DNA of 59,571 nt, counting the filler, from Catajapyx aquilonaris (lineage: Eukaryota): the NCBI GenBank assembly GCA_000934665.2. It is 2 parts of 2 records of this genome, joined end to end, with 100 filler letters (N's around TTAATTAATTAA, not from the genome) between each part and the next. Parts side by side here need not be neighbours in the genome. Positions count along the whole stretch, not along the records: positions 1 to 29,662 come from JYFJ02004756.1; positions 29,763 to 59,571 come from JYFJ02004757.1. One strand, given 5' to 3'. Position 1 is the first letter of the stretch. The number at the start of each line of letters is the position of its first letter. The translations under genes and the position numbers were made by a program. The notes beneath the pieces were generated by a model. The model ran no database searches, had not been told where the DNA came from, and saw only the letters and a list, made by a program, of their open reading frames with translations. Of this stretch, positions 24,583-38,050 are shown in pieces.

Positions 24583-27500
24583 TACTATAGTAATTACTTC
24601 TGAAACATACTTTTGGTCAGTAGAGAGACTGGAGAACTCTACGAATGACGGCGACGAAGTGTGAATCCATCTAGGAAAAGATGAAATAAAAAAGGGTGTC
24701 AACGGGGAGTCCGTCAAGGTAGTACAATGCGGATTTTGCGTGTCTGATTCAAGACTTCTTCTTTGTGGTGGCGTAACGGTCTGCCTAACTTCAGGAAAAC
24801 ACTGGCCACTTGTCATGGATTGTTTCGACTGGTTCCTTCCCTCACAAGACGTGCGGAGGGTACGCAAAAAAAAGAGGCTATCCACTCAAAAATTGTGACT
24901 TCCACGTGAAAAGTGTGTAGGGAGGGAACGTGCAACGCTCTTGGAATTAATCCTAGGATTGCTGACGTTCTAATCCGGTTATTGGATGGTGCGATGTAAA
25001 TCATTACAGAAAGTGTGCCTGGACACAAAAAAAACGACAAATAAACGTCATGACAGGCAAAACAACAATTCAAATATGAACAAACAAGTCATGAACTTGC
25101 TTTAAAAGGAACGAGTAATAATGGCTTTTTTGTGCCCCTTTATTACAGTAGAGTACATTGCATTGCGGTGTTACGATCGCCTTTTTTGAACGGCATATGT
25201 CCAATGGATGTGCAGTAATTAGGCAAGAAGTTAAACAGCGTTTAAAAAGATAGAAGCGTCTATGTTTACAATAATTGGCTAAATCTTTGCAAAAACTCTG
25301 ACACAATGACGGTCTGATTCCTAACACAAAATGATCTGACAATATGAAAGAGGGCTGCGGCGGTTGAGCGCAAAGTCTGTATGGAATTTGGGAAGGTTTT
25401 TCTTTGTGTAGAAGGAGACTATAGCGTTTTTCCCCCTTGGCAAGCAAGCACCTGCCAGAGAGTGTGTTATTCTGAAGTCGGCGTCTGAATCGTGACTTGG
25501 GCTCAACACGACGCCTTGGGGAACCGGCCCCGGGACTTCCAACTGATATTACCCTCACGGTTACCATACTGCTGGATTCCTACCTTATAGGCTATCCTTT
25601 TTTCATTGCTTTTTTTATTTCACGATACATTTCATATTTTACCGTCAGTGACTTTGTGACAGTTTATGAGGTTTTTCGTACCAGAAGAAACGGTTTAATG
25701 TACTTCCATTAAATGTTTTGTTCATTTTTGTACCCTCATCCTTCCTCTACATATCCGGTGCCGATCATCTCGATAACGTTATCCGTTACAAAAATATTTA
25801 CATTTACATTTGTGATAGTGTTTATTTTCTTAAGGTTAAACATGATAAACAGAAAACATAACAAAGTAACCCCACAAACCCGATGTTTCCCTGGTAATAA
25901 AGCACTCAGTATGTTAGTGAACACTTGGCTGTGACCTCACATGACCTCGAAGGCCAAAGCTAATGTGACAATGACATTCAGCCCAGTTAATCCAACACTT
26001 GGTTTAGTTGCCCTTATTTTTCAAAGCAGCAGCATCTGGGCCAACAAACACTATTAACTCCTTGAATCTAGGCCCTGAGAACTCGACAGCCAGGTATGAT
26101 ACCAGCTATACACCCGCCACCGCCTAGTTTTCCGCTTACTCGTGCGCTGAAGATACGAACAAGATATTTTACAAATAATAACAGATCTACTTACCCGTTC
26201 AGGGAAAACGTTATGAATGTGTTTAAAACAATTTCTCTCCCATAGAAGTCCCGAAATTAATTTCCAAAAAGACCGCTGTAAAAACCCGAAATTCGAGTAC
26301 TGCTGGTTGCAGTCAAAAAGGTCAAATAATAGTCGCGCGAGATTCGAAAAACTTATTTGTCACAAAGTCATCCCGCATGTCACAAAGTCACTCCCACTTA
26401 CGGTACCGTATGTCAGTGTATTCGTAAACAGTACTATTAAATTTTTCTGGCAGTCTCGAGGCTGTGTTTGTTGATTTTCCCCAAGCCAAATGCAAATAAA
26501 ATCTCTTACATTCCAAGTGATTGGAGCATTTCTAATGGAAAAACCATTCTTGTATCACCCTGTGCTTTAGTTGTTAAGAAAAGATTCCTGATGCTCGTAC
26601 TTTTTAATAAGAGGGAAAATTAAATTAGCGTTGATTTGATTACTAGTTAAAATTTTCGCACATTGGTAATTTTCGCACATTGGTAAACAAAGTTGGCTAA
26701 TATACCGGTATACTCTTATTGCGTATATGTAGGGTAACGAGTAATAACAATTTGACAAATATTATGTACCGTATGTGATAACATAACAAAAAAGATGTCG
26801 TTATACAAGTATTTGGTCGTATTTTGTCAAAATAATGCCATTTTCAAGGAGAATAAAGTAGCCTATAATAAGGTATAACCTATGATTTCGCAAAAGTACG
26901 GTAATGTATGCAACGCAGCATATACGTCATTTTAAAATCAAGACCTGACATGCAGAACAAGTAGTCACATTTAAGTCTGAATTGATTTAGGCATTGTTTA
27001 ATATAGTCCTGGAATGGCTCCTTCTGCCCGTCAAATTCTTAATAATAAATTACAGCCTCTTAAAGATGGGTTTGAAAACATTCCATGAGGGTTAATATAT
27101 TCTTTATTCAAACTCAAAATACTCATATCTCGAAATAATTGGTTGAATGTGACTTATAAATCGTTCTGCATTTCAGATCTTTAGCATATTCCAATCATTA
27201 AGACGTTCAAGAAAATCAATACAATGCATTGACTGTGCATCAATTAAGGAACAGTAAAGTATGGCATACGTCCCATCAACGTGCTTATGAAAACTAGTTG
27301 GGAACATCTCCACGGTAATTAAGGGAAAGGTTCTGGAAAAGAGGCGCTGGCGCTAAATAGTTTTGCACATTTTTGGGACAAGGCCTTCCAGGTTCATATT
27401 TTTATTCATCAGTGTGTAGGCCTATAATTTATAGCATCTGATTTTCTGAACATCTATAAATGTTACGCTTAGTTCCCGATGTAGGTTACACTATGTGGGC

Positions 27501-29662
27501 ACTATTTTCTCCATATAGTTTAGAGAGCGTATACATGAGCTATTCGTTAAGATATCAAAATCACTCGTTTCCACTAGAGACTAGACTAGCGGATGAACCT
27601 CATAATATGTTTGACCTTGTTTTATGAATTCGAAAATTGTGACATATCAACTCCAAATTGGCAAAAACATAATGCATAATCCACGTTGGCATGAACCAAC
27701 AAGCCACGTACACAAACTGTACCGTACCTACATGCCTACATATGCATATGTGACTTGGTGCACATCACGCTCCTTCGTCTCCCGCTTGTTTCTTTTTCGT
27801 CTCGGGAGCGTTTACGTATTCATGAGTTGGTCTGTAACGGGGATGAGGCAACCAGGAACAAGCACATGTCACCTTTTTTCACCTCTTTTTTGTACACCTC
27901 CACAGCAATATAAAAGCGATACTGCCAAGATAAAAGACGCAATTCAGTTGTTACTTCCCACTACAACTAATTAGGAGCCCTGGTTGTAGAATCAAAATAT
28001 GTCTACTGCATTTCAATGCTGAGCATAATTTAAACGTGGCAACTTAAAAGGCATCAGGATGCACTATCAGTAATGACCCCCCTACTACCTTCTGCATCAG
28101 ATATCTCACTTCTATACCCATTGGCCATTCCAGCCTTAATGCATGCTTTCCTTAGTGAATACTGTTGTTAAACGTTATGGGGGCTGTAAAAATACACATG
28201 ATATCGTGATGGCATTAAGAGTCAATTTTTTCTACCATAATAATGAAAGTAATGCGTGAATACCAAATGGTTTAAAATGGTATTTTATTAGTGTTATACG
28301 GTAATACAGTACAAGAGCTGTGAGGACAATTATTGTAATATGTTACTATAAATTCCTAAAAATTAAGCCATTTAATAGCCATTTCATACTCATTTAGAAC
28401 GTGTACTGGTACATTACGAAATGAGTGTGAAATGGGTCCATGGCAACGGGATTTCCATTGTATCAACAATCATTGTTGTTGATTACATTGTCATGGAAAC
28501 AGGTGCTGGTGTTTTGTTGTTGCGATAGTAACGTCAACACAATGCCATTCATTCTATATTGCCATGGTAACGTCGACACAATACCATGGCAACAATGACA
28601 TTCAAAAATATCAGTGGTTCTTGATTCACTGCTTATTGGTTCACTGCTAGTGTGTGATAATGTAGCTTTATTTACGTTGGCATCTGTGACTCACATTGTG
28701 TAGTACGATGCACCGTTAGCTACGCAGTGCACACACTGCTTGGATGTTTGTTTGTTTGTAGAGTGAATGTGCAGACTGAGACCAATATACAGTAATAAGT
28801 GACCTAAGTCTAGACAGCACATCCCCCATGTTATCGTAGATTGTCAGGTTGGATGGCAATCATCCTAGGCCAATCAGGAGCGGCGAGCAGTTGTGATTGT
28901 TGCATAGCCCTTTTGAAAATCCATCACGTTGCATTAGAACTAATTTTTCATGTGGCTACGTAATGTAAATTGCGGCCAGCGGCGAAAATCCTTCCCAACC
29001 ACAATGAGCATCAAAACTGGCCCCCAGGCCGGCCCAAGCCCCAGGTCGGGCCCGGTCACTCTCCACCAACCTGAAGTAAACCCTGTCTAACTCTGACACA
29101 ACCCCACCCAAACCCCGGGCTTATGCCGTCACTAAGACTACTTCCGCTCTCATATGACGTCATCCCCGACAGACAAAAAATATTCTCAATTCTGAATATG
29201 AGGTAATGAGGTAATATTTCCGCAATGTGGAGGGACTGGAGGCTTTCTCGTCAGCACCATTGTCAATGGCCAATATATTATGTCTGGGAATAAAACTAAT
29301 ATAACTTAGGTTTCACTTGTGCTTCACACAATATACTATTATACTGTATTATCTCACGAGAAAAGGGTTGCAAGATATTTTTGCGAATGTGCATCCCAAA
29401 ATTATTCATGTTAAATCGTCAGCCAGAGATTTTACTTATTTGGAGTGATTGAGGAGGAGCAAAAAAAATCAATGTAGGCCTATACTCCTGCGGTTTTTAC
29501 TTCTTATTGTATCCTCCTGAGACCCGAGAAGAATTGAGTAACGCAATATCAGTTCCTATTGCATTTTCTGAACATTTTCCCAATAAGAAACTTAAAAAAA
29601 AATTAGTTTTAAAATATCGACAAAAATGGCGACAAACAACCAATGAGAACATTAGGACCCAA

Positions 29663-29762
29663 NNNNNNNNNNNNNNNNNNNNNNNNNNNNNNNNNNNNNN
29701 NNNNNNTTAATTAATTAANNNNNNNNNNNNNNNNNNNNNNNNNNNNNNNNNNNNNNNNNNNN
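29663..29762. other. Artificial assembly gap/linker N44-TTAATTAATTAA-N44
   Basis: Six-frame stop linker at 29707-29718 centred in exactly 100 positions. Confidence 0.97.
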
Positions 29763-30449
29763 GTCTACGGGCGGACGCAGTGCTGTCGGACATAAATGCC
29801 TAGCTTCGGGGCGGGACACTGGGCTAGGGCCTGGGGGATGCGTATGGGAGTGCTGCAGTGGAGTTGGGTCCTTGAGCATTCAGGGCATTGCTTCCCCCTC
29901 CCCCCATTTTCCCTTCCATACTTGTTTTTTGCTTTTAGAAAATCTTAAAATTTGCATAAATTTACCGAAAACTTGCATTAAATGTACATCAAAATTAAAC
30001 TGTTGTGAACTATCACCTTTTCAGATCTTATTTGGCTCAGCTTCATTTTAAAATATAAATGTAATTTCTCTAACGTAAATTCTATTAATCGTTTGATGGA
30101 GTTCCTTTTGTGAGGACAGTAAATGTAAATTCTTGTTCTTGATTAGCCTTTGAATAATTGTGGATGATGAGATACATTGGCGCGGGGCCTTTATGGTCGG
30201 GTCGCCGTAACTCTGACACAGTCTGTGACCAGTACTTCACGGCAACTTGCAGCTCTTTTGGACTGGCGCTGGCGGTGATTTCATCGAAACGCACAGTCGC
30301 ACACCATACAGAAGACTTTTTCTTCATTGTGTTTCCTGGTCAAGTCTTTGATCAAAAACCCATTTTGGTCCTGATGGTTCAACCACTCGATGAGTTCACC
30401 ACATAACCATCAAGCACAGTCCCATTCACCATTCATCCACGACCCAGAT

Positions 30450-31000
30450 CCGTTCCTACTTACAAACTCCTGGAAGGCCCCTGACGTGAAAGCCGTTTCA
30501 TTGTCTGTCGTGAGCCTTTCAGGGAGGCCATGGGTGGCAAAGACCTTCCTGAGGGCCACGACAGCCGCTTCAGTCGATATGGATGGAACTTGGAGCACCT
30601 CCAGCCACTTGGAGTGGGCATCCACCACCACGAATAAATAACGTCCCTGGTGGGCGCCTGCGAAGTCGGCGTGCAACCTGGACCATGGCCGGGTGGGCCA
30701 GGGCCAGGGTAGGACTGGCGCCTTCTGAGGGTTGGGCCGTGTCATCTGGCAGCTGGTGCAAGCCCGGACCATCTCCTCGATGTCCCCATCAATCTTCGGC
30801 CACCACACATAGCTTCGGGCTTGAGCCTTCGTCCTGCTCATTCCTTTATGATGCATTCCTTTATTATGATGCATTCCTTTATGCATGGAGGGTCTTCAGC
30901 ACCCGGTCTCTGGCCTTCTTTGGTATGATGGTCCTCGCTCCCCATAGCACACATCCGTCCACCACTGACAACTCGTGTCGTCTCTGGTAGTACGGCTGGA
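30450..31000 (-). pseudogene. Gypsy-type integrase fragment (HHCC zinc domain plus start of DDE core)
   Basis: ELSVVDGCVLWG, ARSYVWWP, CTSCQ, PWSRLHADFAG, VVVDAHSKW, FATHGLPERLTTDN. Confidence 0.92.
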
Positions 31001-32544
31001 TCTCGGGTTCCACCGGTTCGGACGGCCATATTATTTTCTTTATATTATGGAAGTCAAACAATTGGTGGGAAAAAACACATTAGCCTGATTCCAGTTGTGC
31101 CAACCGCAAATGCTAACTGTGCCAATAAGTCAGCCCATGAAACTGCTAGTTGAATGAGTGCCCTCTAAAGACCCCTTTGGGTCATAATGGGGTATGTAAA
31201 ATGAAATAAAAACCACACTAGTTGGCACTACTAGAAACCAATAATGATATCAAATTACCTATGGTTCCGGTTACGCGTCCGAAAACTCCTTTGCACACAG
31301 AAACCCTTCCATCAGCCGCCTCGCAAACTCCTCATATATTCCATGGTATGGCAGAGTGAGAGTGTTGGTGCAGGTGCTGGCTGTCGGGAAGGGGTTCACG
31401 TCGACTACATCAGCAAATGATACCGACAGTTTTGGGGTAAACCCCAGCACTGGGACTACACTGGCCCCAGGGTGATTCAACAACTGAATACATGCGTCTG
31501 CTTATTGGCAGGTATCTCTGCGCCTGTAACCCGCACCGATGTGAATGATGTGCCATTGGATTCGTAATATTACAGGGAATTCATATTTTGCAATAACGAA
31601 CGGTTTCCGGCAATAGTCAAAGGTCAATCACTTTGACCCCTGACTTTTCACTAGAAGCCATTTTTATTTTCTTGAAATTTAAAACACATCACCACCTGGC
31701 CTAGTCCTAGCATGCCCTAAAATATAAAAGTTGTGTATATCCTTGTTTACAAGAAAAAAAAATTGAAAGGTGTTACGGTACCCAGACAGCCGCGCGCGCT
31801 GCGCTCTTATCGCGGAACATTTTGAGCGCCCCACTTCTGATGTTAGTCATTCTCATATTCGCACACAGTTTGAAAGTCACTAGGAAATGTTTATTTCGTC
31901 ACATAGACTTCTGATATTTACCTGTAGGGTGTTCATAAGTACAGCTAGAAGAAAAATGCTAAGTGACATTCGCGATTCATACCCTCTTCATTTACACACA
32001 TTTTCTTTCACTTTGCTTTAGTATCTGTATCTTTCTTATAATGTGATTTCCTTCCAGACACTAGCACAATCGTCAATGTTTCGGCAACCTTACCGTTCCA
32101 AAATTTCAATCATGTTAGTGATGTAAGTGGTTTTTTTTCTTTTTTTTTTCGTATCCTGCTAATATCACTTTAGTGCAGGTTGTACAATCCTGCTGATGCA
32201 TTGAAGCTGCAGTTGACTGTACATAGAAGAACATAGAGAAAAATTTACGAGTCAAATGACGAGTCTTCTTAGTCACGTGACGATACAAATTCGACTAGCC
32301 TTGGCTAGTCAGCCCACTAATCACTTGACTAGTCGTTCCTAGTCAGCCAACTAGCCTGGAAGAATCACTTGACTAGCCCATCCTCTTCCGATATGTAAGA
32401 CATGGCTGTGAGAAATTTGAGCGCTCTCCGTACCCGGGAAGTGGCTTAATTAATCGTGATAAATAAATAAATGTGCAAACTTTGTCCTTTATTAATAGGG
32501 ATAAAAAGAAAACGCACTCAAATCTTAACATCTAAGGGCTTTGA

Positions 32545-33450
32545 GAAGGTTCGCGAGGGAGCGTCTCTTGGACTTGATGCTGCAGCCCAATCCAAATAGC
32601 TCCTCCAGAGCACCAATAGTGGCACTGCCCTTGACATACTTGATGTCTAACACTGCATGGAGGGCCAGATATCCCGCGACAGCTTCAATTATTCCCTCTG
32701 CAGAAAACTCGGTGACACCTTGTCCTACAACCTGAAATGTGCAGTCGGGGTCCTGTGGCCGGGCCTTGTCAGCTGCAGGCTCTTTGAATCCTTCATGGAG
32801 TCTTTCAAACTCTCTTAAAATCTGGAGAAGATATGGTCAAAAATATTATGCACAATAAAGCAAGAAGGAATGGTCTTCAAGAGCGAGCATTCAAGTATGA
32901 AACAGTATGCTCAAAAGTTCTGAGCAAGCTGTTACTCAGCATTCGTAACTGTTCATTCCCATAAATAAATATTCACTTAATAATTGTGCTTTTTGAATGC
33001 AAACCGACATTTTGGTACAGTTCATCAGCAAAGGTGAACTTACCTCCGAAGCTTGGAACAGAGCTGGATGCTCCCTCCTTAATCAGTCTTTGCCTGTCAG
33101 CTGCAGTGGCTGCCATTCTCAGTCATATCAGGCGATTTCTATTGCCAAAAAATACATTTCTTACTATTAATGTGATCCACTCTCACAGGAATATGTAGTC
33201 TAGACTGTGTCAGTAACTTACATGCTTTAGTCCTTTTTGCATGAACTGTTTATGTTGCGAAATGGAAGTGGCATATTCATCTGCATTCGTCATTTCAGCC
33301 AACTTCAGTTCAATGTGCATCTTTTTCACCCCGCCTATTTGACCCTCAACGGCTTTCCTCTTTACACTCTGTGGGGGTGGAAGGTCGCCCTTTTTGCGCA
33401 GCCTCTTACGGTCGTTCCTAAATTTGGCACTTGGTGGCAGCTTCCAAACT
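32545..33450 (-). pseudogene. Fragments of a CACTA/EnSpm-associated accessory (SAMD3-like) gene
   Basis: EAVAGYLALHAVLDIKY...ALE and AKFRNDRKRL...SISQHKQFMQK resemble this family; splice-like borders present. Confidence 0.5.
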
Positions 33451-33529
33451 TTCTGCAACATCAAGAAAATAAATACGAAAGTCACATTCATGTTTTACAT
33501 GCATCTTTTTCCGGCCTTTTCTCTCTCTC

Positions 33530-33675
33530 CAAGCTTCCTTGATTTTCATCACCCGCTTGGGTGTTCGTTGTGTCGTTTCCTTCAGCACACTGGCCTCTGC
33601 CTTAAGCCCGGTTCCACGCATGATTAGTTGGGCAGCATATGCTAATCCCTCTGGTGAATGTTCTGCCCTCAACCC
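33530..33675 (-). pseudogene. Transib transposase N-terminal fragment
   Basis: LRAEHSPEGLAYAAQLIMRGTGLKAEASVLKETTQRTPKRVMKIKEAW matches the Transib N-terminal pattern by eye. Confidence 0.65.
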
Positions 33676-34288
33676 TTCTGACGTAAAAACTGACACCCCA
33701 TATAACCCCATGCTTTTGAATCTCCACGACTTGTTGGTAATTATCAGTTAATTAACTGAGAATGCCTCCTTGCTTCTGCAGAGGTCAGGAATGCCTGCAG
33801 TGCGGTTTTTTCGTACCAGTATGACTGAACAATGTCTTTGCTAACTCTTACAGGAAGTAATTTTTACCCTTTATTAATGTTTTTTAACTATCAGGGGATG
33901 CCTTTGTAACAATGTCGCAATGATTGGGATTAGGGTAAAAACTCTAAAACCTAAGGCTCCATACTCCGGCCTCCACCCATGCCGGCCGAGCCACAGCTAC
34001 GGGTCGTGGCCGCCCGGCGTAGAGACACCATCCCCGCACCTCGCCGGGCGCACACACCACGCCCCCGCCAACGCCAAGCCGGGATGGGCAGGCCCCCCCT
34101 TAAACAACGAGTGGCGGAAATCACCCCCACCAATAAAACAAAAGAAATAGTCTAAAACTGGAGGAACTAACGTGACAGGGCAGACAGCAAGTTATCAATA
34201 ATGACAAGAAATATTCGGCTTTTGAATCTCTTGAGAAGGTGTTTGTGATTCAACTAGTGGATCAAGAGTGCTGGAACCACTGAAATCA

Positions 34289-34620
34289 TCATAATTGCGA
34301 TTTCGCTTGTGATTCTCTTCGAGTTTGTTGTTCATAGTCTTCACATTTGGTCAGTTCCTTGGCTTTTTCTTCAATGGATGAGAAGGTAGATCGCATAGCT
34401 TGAATGTACCCATGCAAGGATTCATAGAGTGCACTAGCTGTGTTCAAGTCTTGATCAGAAGATTGCAAAGAAGAACTGGTCATTTGGAAACGCTGCATTA
34501 CTCGATCCCACAATATGATCATTAATCCCGTTTCCAGCTTCATCATTGTTGAAAGGAGCCCACGAGCTTGCTGACGACACTCTGCCTTCTGATCATTGTT
34601 TTTTGAAATCTCGTGCAACA
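34289..34620 (-). pseudogene. hAT (ZMYM1/Tip100-like) transposase fragment
   Basis: QARGLLSTMMKLETGLMIILWDRVMQRFQMTSSSLQSSDQDL; abuts a hAT-like terminus ending CCGCCACTG near 34697. Confidence 0.8.
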
Positions 34621-36114
34621 CTTCTCCCCCGCGAGGCCCCCCAAAGCGCGGGGCCCTTAGCATTTGCTAGATTTGCTATATGGGTAATCCGCCACTGCAT
34701 CTTGTTCTCCACCAGCGTCTGTTGATCCGTCTAGTGCGTCCTCCTCATCACTCTTATCTCCATCTTCAAAGTCACTCAGATCATAATCATCTAGGACCTC
34801 CAAAATGTTCACAACATCCAACACCACCTCCATGTCGGGCCATCTACAAGTTACCAGTACAGATTAGTCACTGTCCCTGTATTATGTTTAATTCATTTTA
34901 CTTGTGTTGTAATGAGCAACAGGTAACCTCCTCAAAAAAAGTCACTGGGACTAAATATTAAAATGGACTTTAATGCCCAGTGTTGCGCATGTGCAACATG
35001 CTTTTTCCAACTGTAGTTAATGCCACAGTTTTAAATATTTGACAGTGAAATGGATGTAACGATAGAGCAAGTCTTTATCAACGCATACATAGCCATAAGT
35101 AGGCCGATGATGCATAATTACTTAGTGAAATTTTCGGATTCCGTACCTGTGTTTCTAGTCCTGCAGAAGTGCCTCCACAGCAGATCACAACATGCTCCCA
35201 ACTGGCTTTGTGAAGGCTGTTCGAGTTCGGCTTTTTTTCATGTAGATGACGCTGACAGCACGACTGACACACCAATAACTGCCTTACACTAGTGATATCT
35301 ACAGAATTTAGAAGCAATTATCGAGAAGGCGTGTAGCATATATGCTACAGTGGGCATCACAGGGTTACCACAAAAGGCAAGGGGCTCACCAGCAGGGTCG
35401 ACCACGGCCCCCTCTTGGAAACTGTGCATTAGGCGCTTGGACAGTAGGCGGGATCCGCTGCATCACAAGTGCATGATAGGTCCGGCGCAGAATGCCTTTG
35501 TCAAACTCATCCAGACTGGTTTTGGGGCCTGACTTATTGCGCTTCTTCCCTGCAGAACGTGAAAGTGAATAGGAATTACAGACAGCACGAAATGTGGGTG
35601 TGACTGGTAATCCCCAATTTGAGGCAACGTTAATGGTGTGCCATAGGTAGACTTACCATGATTGGGGGGGCTGAGGGCAAGAATGGCGCATGCCACTCAA
35701 CAGGCTAGACTGAGTTATTCCCACAGATTGAATCCATACACCATATTCTACCAGTGTAATGAACTAAATGTGTATGAAGGCATGCGTCATTTGAGTTCTC
35801 TCAACCCCTCTTTTCGGCTCAACTCTTTTAGGCTCAAACTGGGATGTATTTGCGGTGGGTGTTACTTGACTTTTCCCCCAAGCGTATTTTTATTTCTTTT
35901 CATTTATTAACAGAGTTAAAACAGAAATACGGTGGTCAGCATCACTGACAAGCTATTCATACTTTCATTTTATTAAAACTATGAGCCTTTCACAATTGTC
36001 TGCATGCATTTTTGCCATTGAACTCACAGCTACTTAGTGTATTTTTTCTTCTTCATTTGTACACTATACGTGTCACTGAAAATACTTAGTGATGATGGTT
36101 TGGCTGGTACTGCA

Positions 36115-36330
36115 ATACCTGGAGTCGGCATGTCTGGGGCCTCTTTGGAAATGCGTATGATTGTGCCCTCCTTCATGCCGGTAGCAGCAGCTGTCCGTTC
36201 CACTGCCTTGGCAACGTCGCAAACCGGCCCTCCGACTCTCTTCTCCTCCTTGAAGTAATCGTAGACTCGGCGGATGACGTTCCGTGTCTGGCGCCTGAGT
36301 ACCTCGCGCTTGTGACTCGGTCCCCCGTCC
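36115..36330 (-). pseudogene. Tc1/IS630-like transposase N-terminal HTH fragment
   Basis: QTRNVIRRVYDYFKEEK...AVERTAAATGMKEGTIIRISKE. Confidence 0.7.
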
Positions 36331-36654
36331 ATCGCACCGGCAAGAGGAGACGGTTTGGACAAGGACATGCCCACAATTTCCGTTACAGTCGGCCCAGATC
36401 ATGCAAACTTACTTCTTGGGGGCTGCCATTTGTATTGTTTTATCATTCCCGCAGCCAGCGTTGGATATAAGGATCACGAGAGAGGGTGTTTCATTCAAAA
36501 CCCCTTCGATTTCCCGGACTGTATCCAGCGCACTCCGGGTTGCGCAGTCGTCTGCGTTCTTATTTGCATTCGACTTTAGGGCCACTCACAATCCGCTCAA
36601 AATGTTCCACCACTATGGGTAGATTGTTTCCTAGCGCCTTCACAGCACGGTTCT

Positions 36655-36780
36655 TTGACTGCAACCACCTGATTCTCAGCGCACAGATCCACGGTGACTT
36701 GGAAAAGTGGTTTGAGGAGGTCCCTCACTTCACGCAGAGTGGAGATCTGGCGGGGGCTTGGCCTTGCTACATTTCTCCCG
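36655..36780 (-). pseudogene. hAT (ZBED/Ac-like) transposase fragment
   Basis: LREVRDLLKPLFQVTVDLCAE motif. Confidence 0.6.
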
Positions 36781-37651
36781 GCTAACTCTGAGCAGCACAT
36801 GCCCGACGAACTCGTTCAGGTATCTCTCAATCATGTCGTATAGTGAATTCCACCTCATTGTGACTTCCTGAATGAGTTTTCTTGTACAACTCCTTCATTT
36901 GCATTGATTTCAGCTCAGTCGATGTAACCTCACTCTGTCGAAAGAACGAGACCAGCTTCTTCATGGAGGGTGTCGTCCACTCGATCCAGATGGATGGGGG
37001 TGGTGTTGGAGCGGACCATAACCGGTCCGTGGAGGATCAGGCTGCGGCGGGGAGGAGGGGGTAGGGAGAGGGCCAATGCATGGGCGAGGAAAGGTGGGGG
37101 AGTGGGGGGGGGGNTGACGGTATCGGCGTGCGCCCGGAGTTGAAGGCCCCTCAGTCGGACATCAGCTTCCCGTTTGACGGTAAGGCGTAGGTGGAACTGG
37201 CGGCTGTACTCCTCCTGACGGGCTTCTTGGGCGAAGTGCTCCTGCTCCCTCCTGGCTTGGTTTCCATCCTTGTCTGCCTGGTTCCACTTGTGTATCTTGC
37301 CAGCCCGGCTGCCCCTCTTCCTTGGCTGCTTCCCAGGAGTGGAAGTGGCTTTAGTTGGAACCATCCGGGAGGTGCTGCTCCACAGTCCTCTGGTGGTCTG
37401 GAAAATGCTGGAGCCTGGAGATCCGCTTCTCTGCTCTGCGGTGGAATGGGAGACCCTCAACAGCTAGCGTACAATGCTGTGGGGAGCAGGCAGCCTATGT
37501 CAGGCGCCACACTTTGAGTTATTTTACCTTCAAGCCAATAGACAAGAAGTAGTAGATTCGTACACATTGCAATATTCCCTGACATTTATTTTGCATTTAT
37601 ATTTAAGTTCGTCGCGTTGCAGTGTAATTTGTAATGGCAAGTGTATAGGAT

Positions 37652-38050
37652 TTACATAGCAACGCGACGAACTTTCTTTTCTGCAAAGGAACGGATGATC
37701 TCAGTGTAGTCCACAGACTTCAAAATTTTGGACTCGATGTACAGCGTGCTTAGCGAATTCAACCTGTTTTCTTCTGTAGTCGAGCGCAAGTAGTTCTTAA
37801 CTCTTTTTAGAGCCGAAAACGACCGTTCTGCCGAGCAGTTTGACGCCGCGCCGGTGTGCACAGCAGTATCCGGAGGGCTATTCCCACGTTAGGATAAATG
37901 TCCAAAAAGCCTTTCTCCTGGATGAACCTATAGAGTTGCTGTGTTGAAAAGTCTGTTCCCACCGTAGCCTCAGTCAACGACAAAATATGAGCTCTCAGGT
38001 GAAGGCACTCGTTCTCCAAAGTTACACCCAAATCCTCAGGATAGAAAGCT
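37652..38050 (-). pseudogene. hAT C-terminal dimerization domain with native stop (one frameshift)
   Basis: YPNVGIALRILLC / SNCSAERSFSALKRVKNYLRSTTEENRLNSL...SFAEKKVR*. Confidence 0.92.

Noticed and set aside
25070..25567. 165-aa minus-strand ORF
   Set aside because: No recognisable motif; probably decayed repeat sequence.
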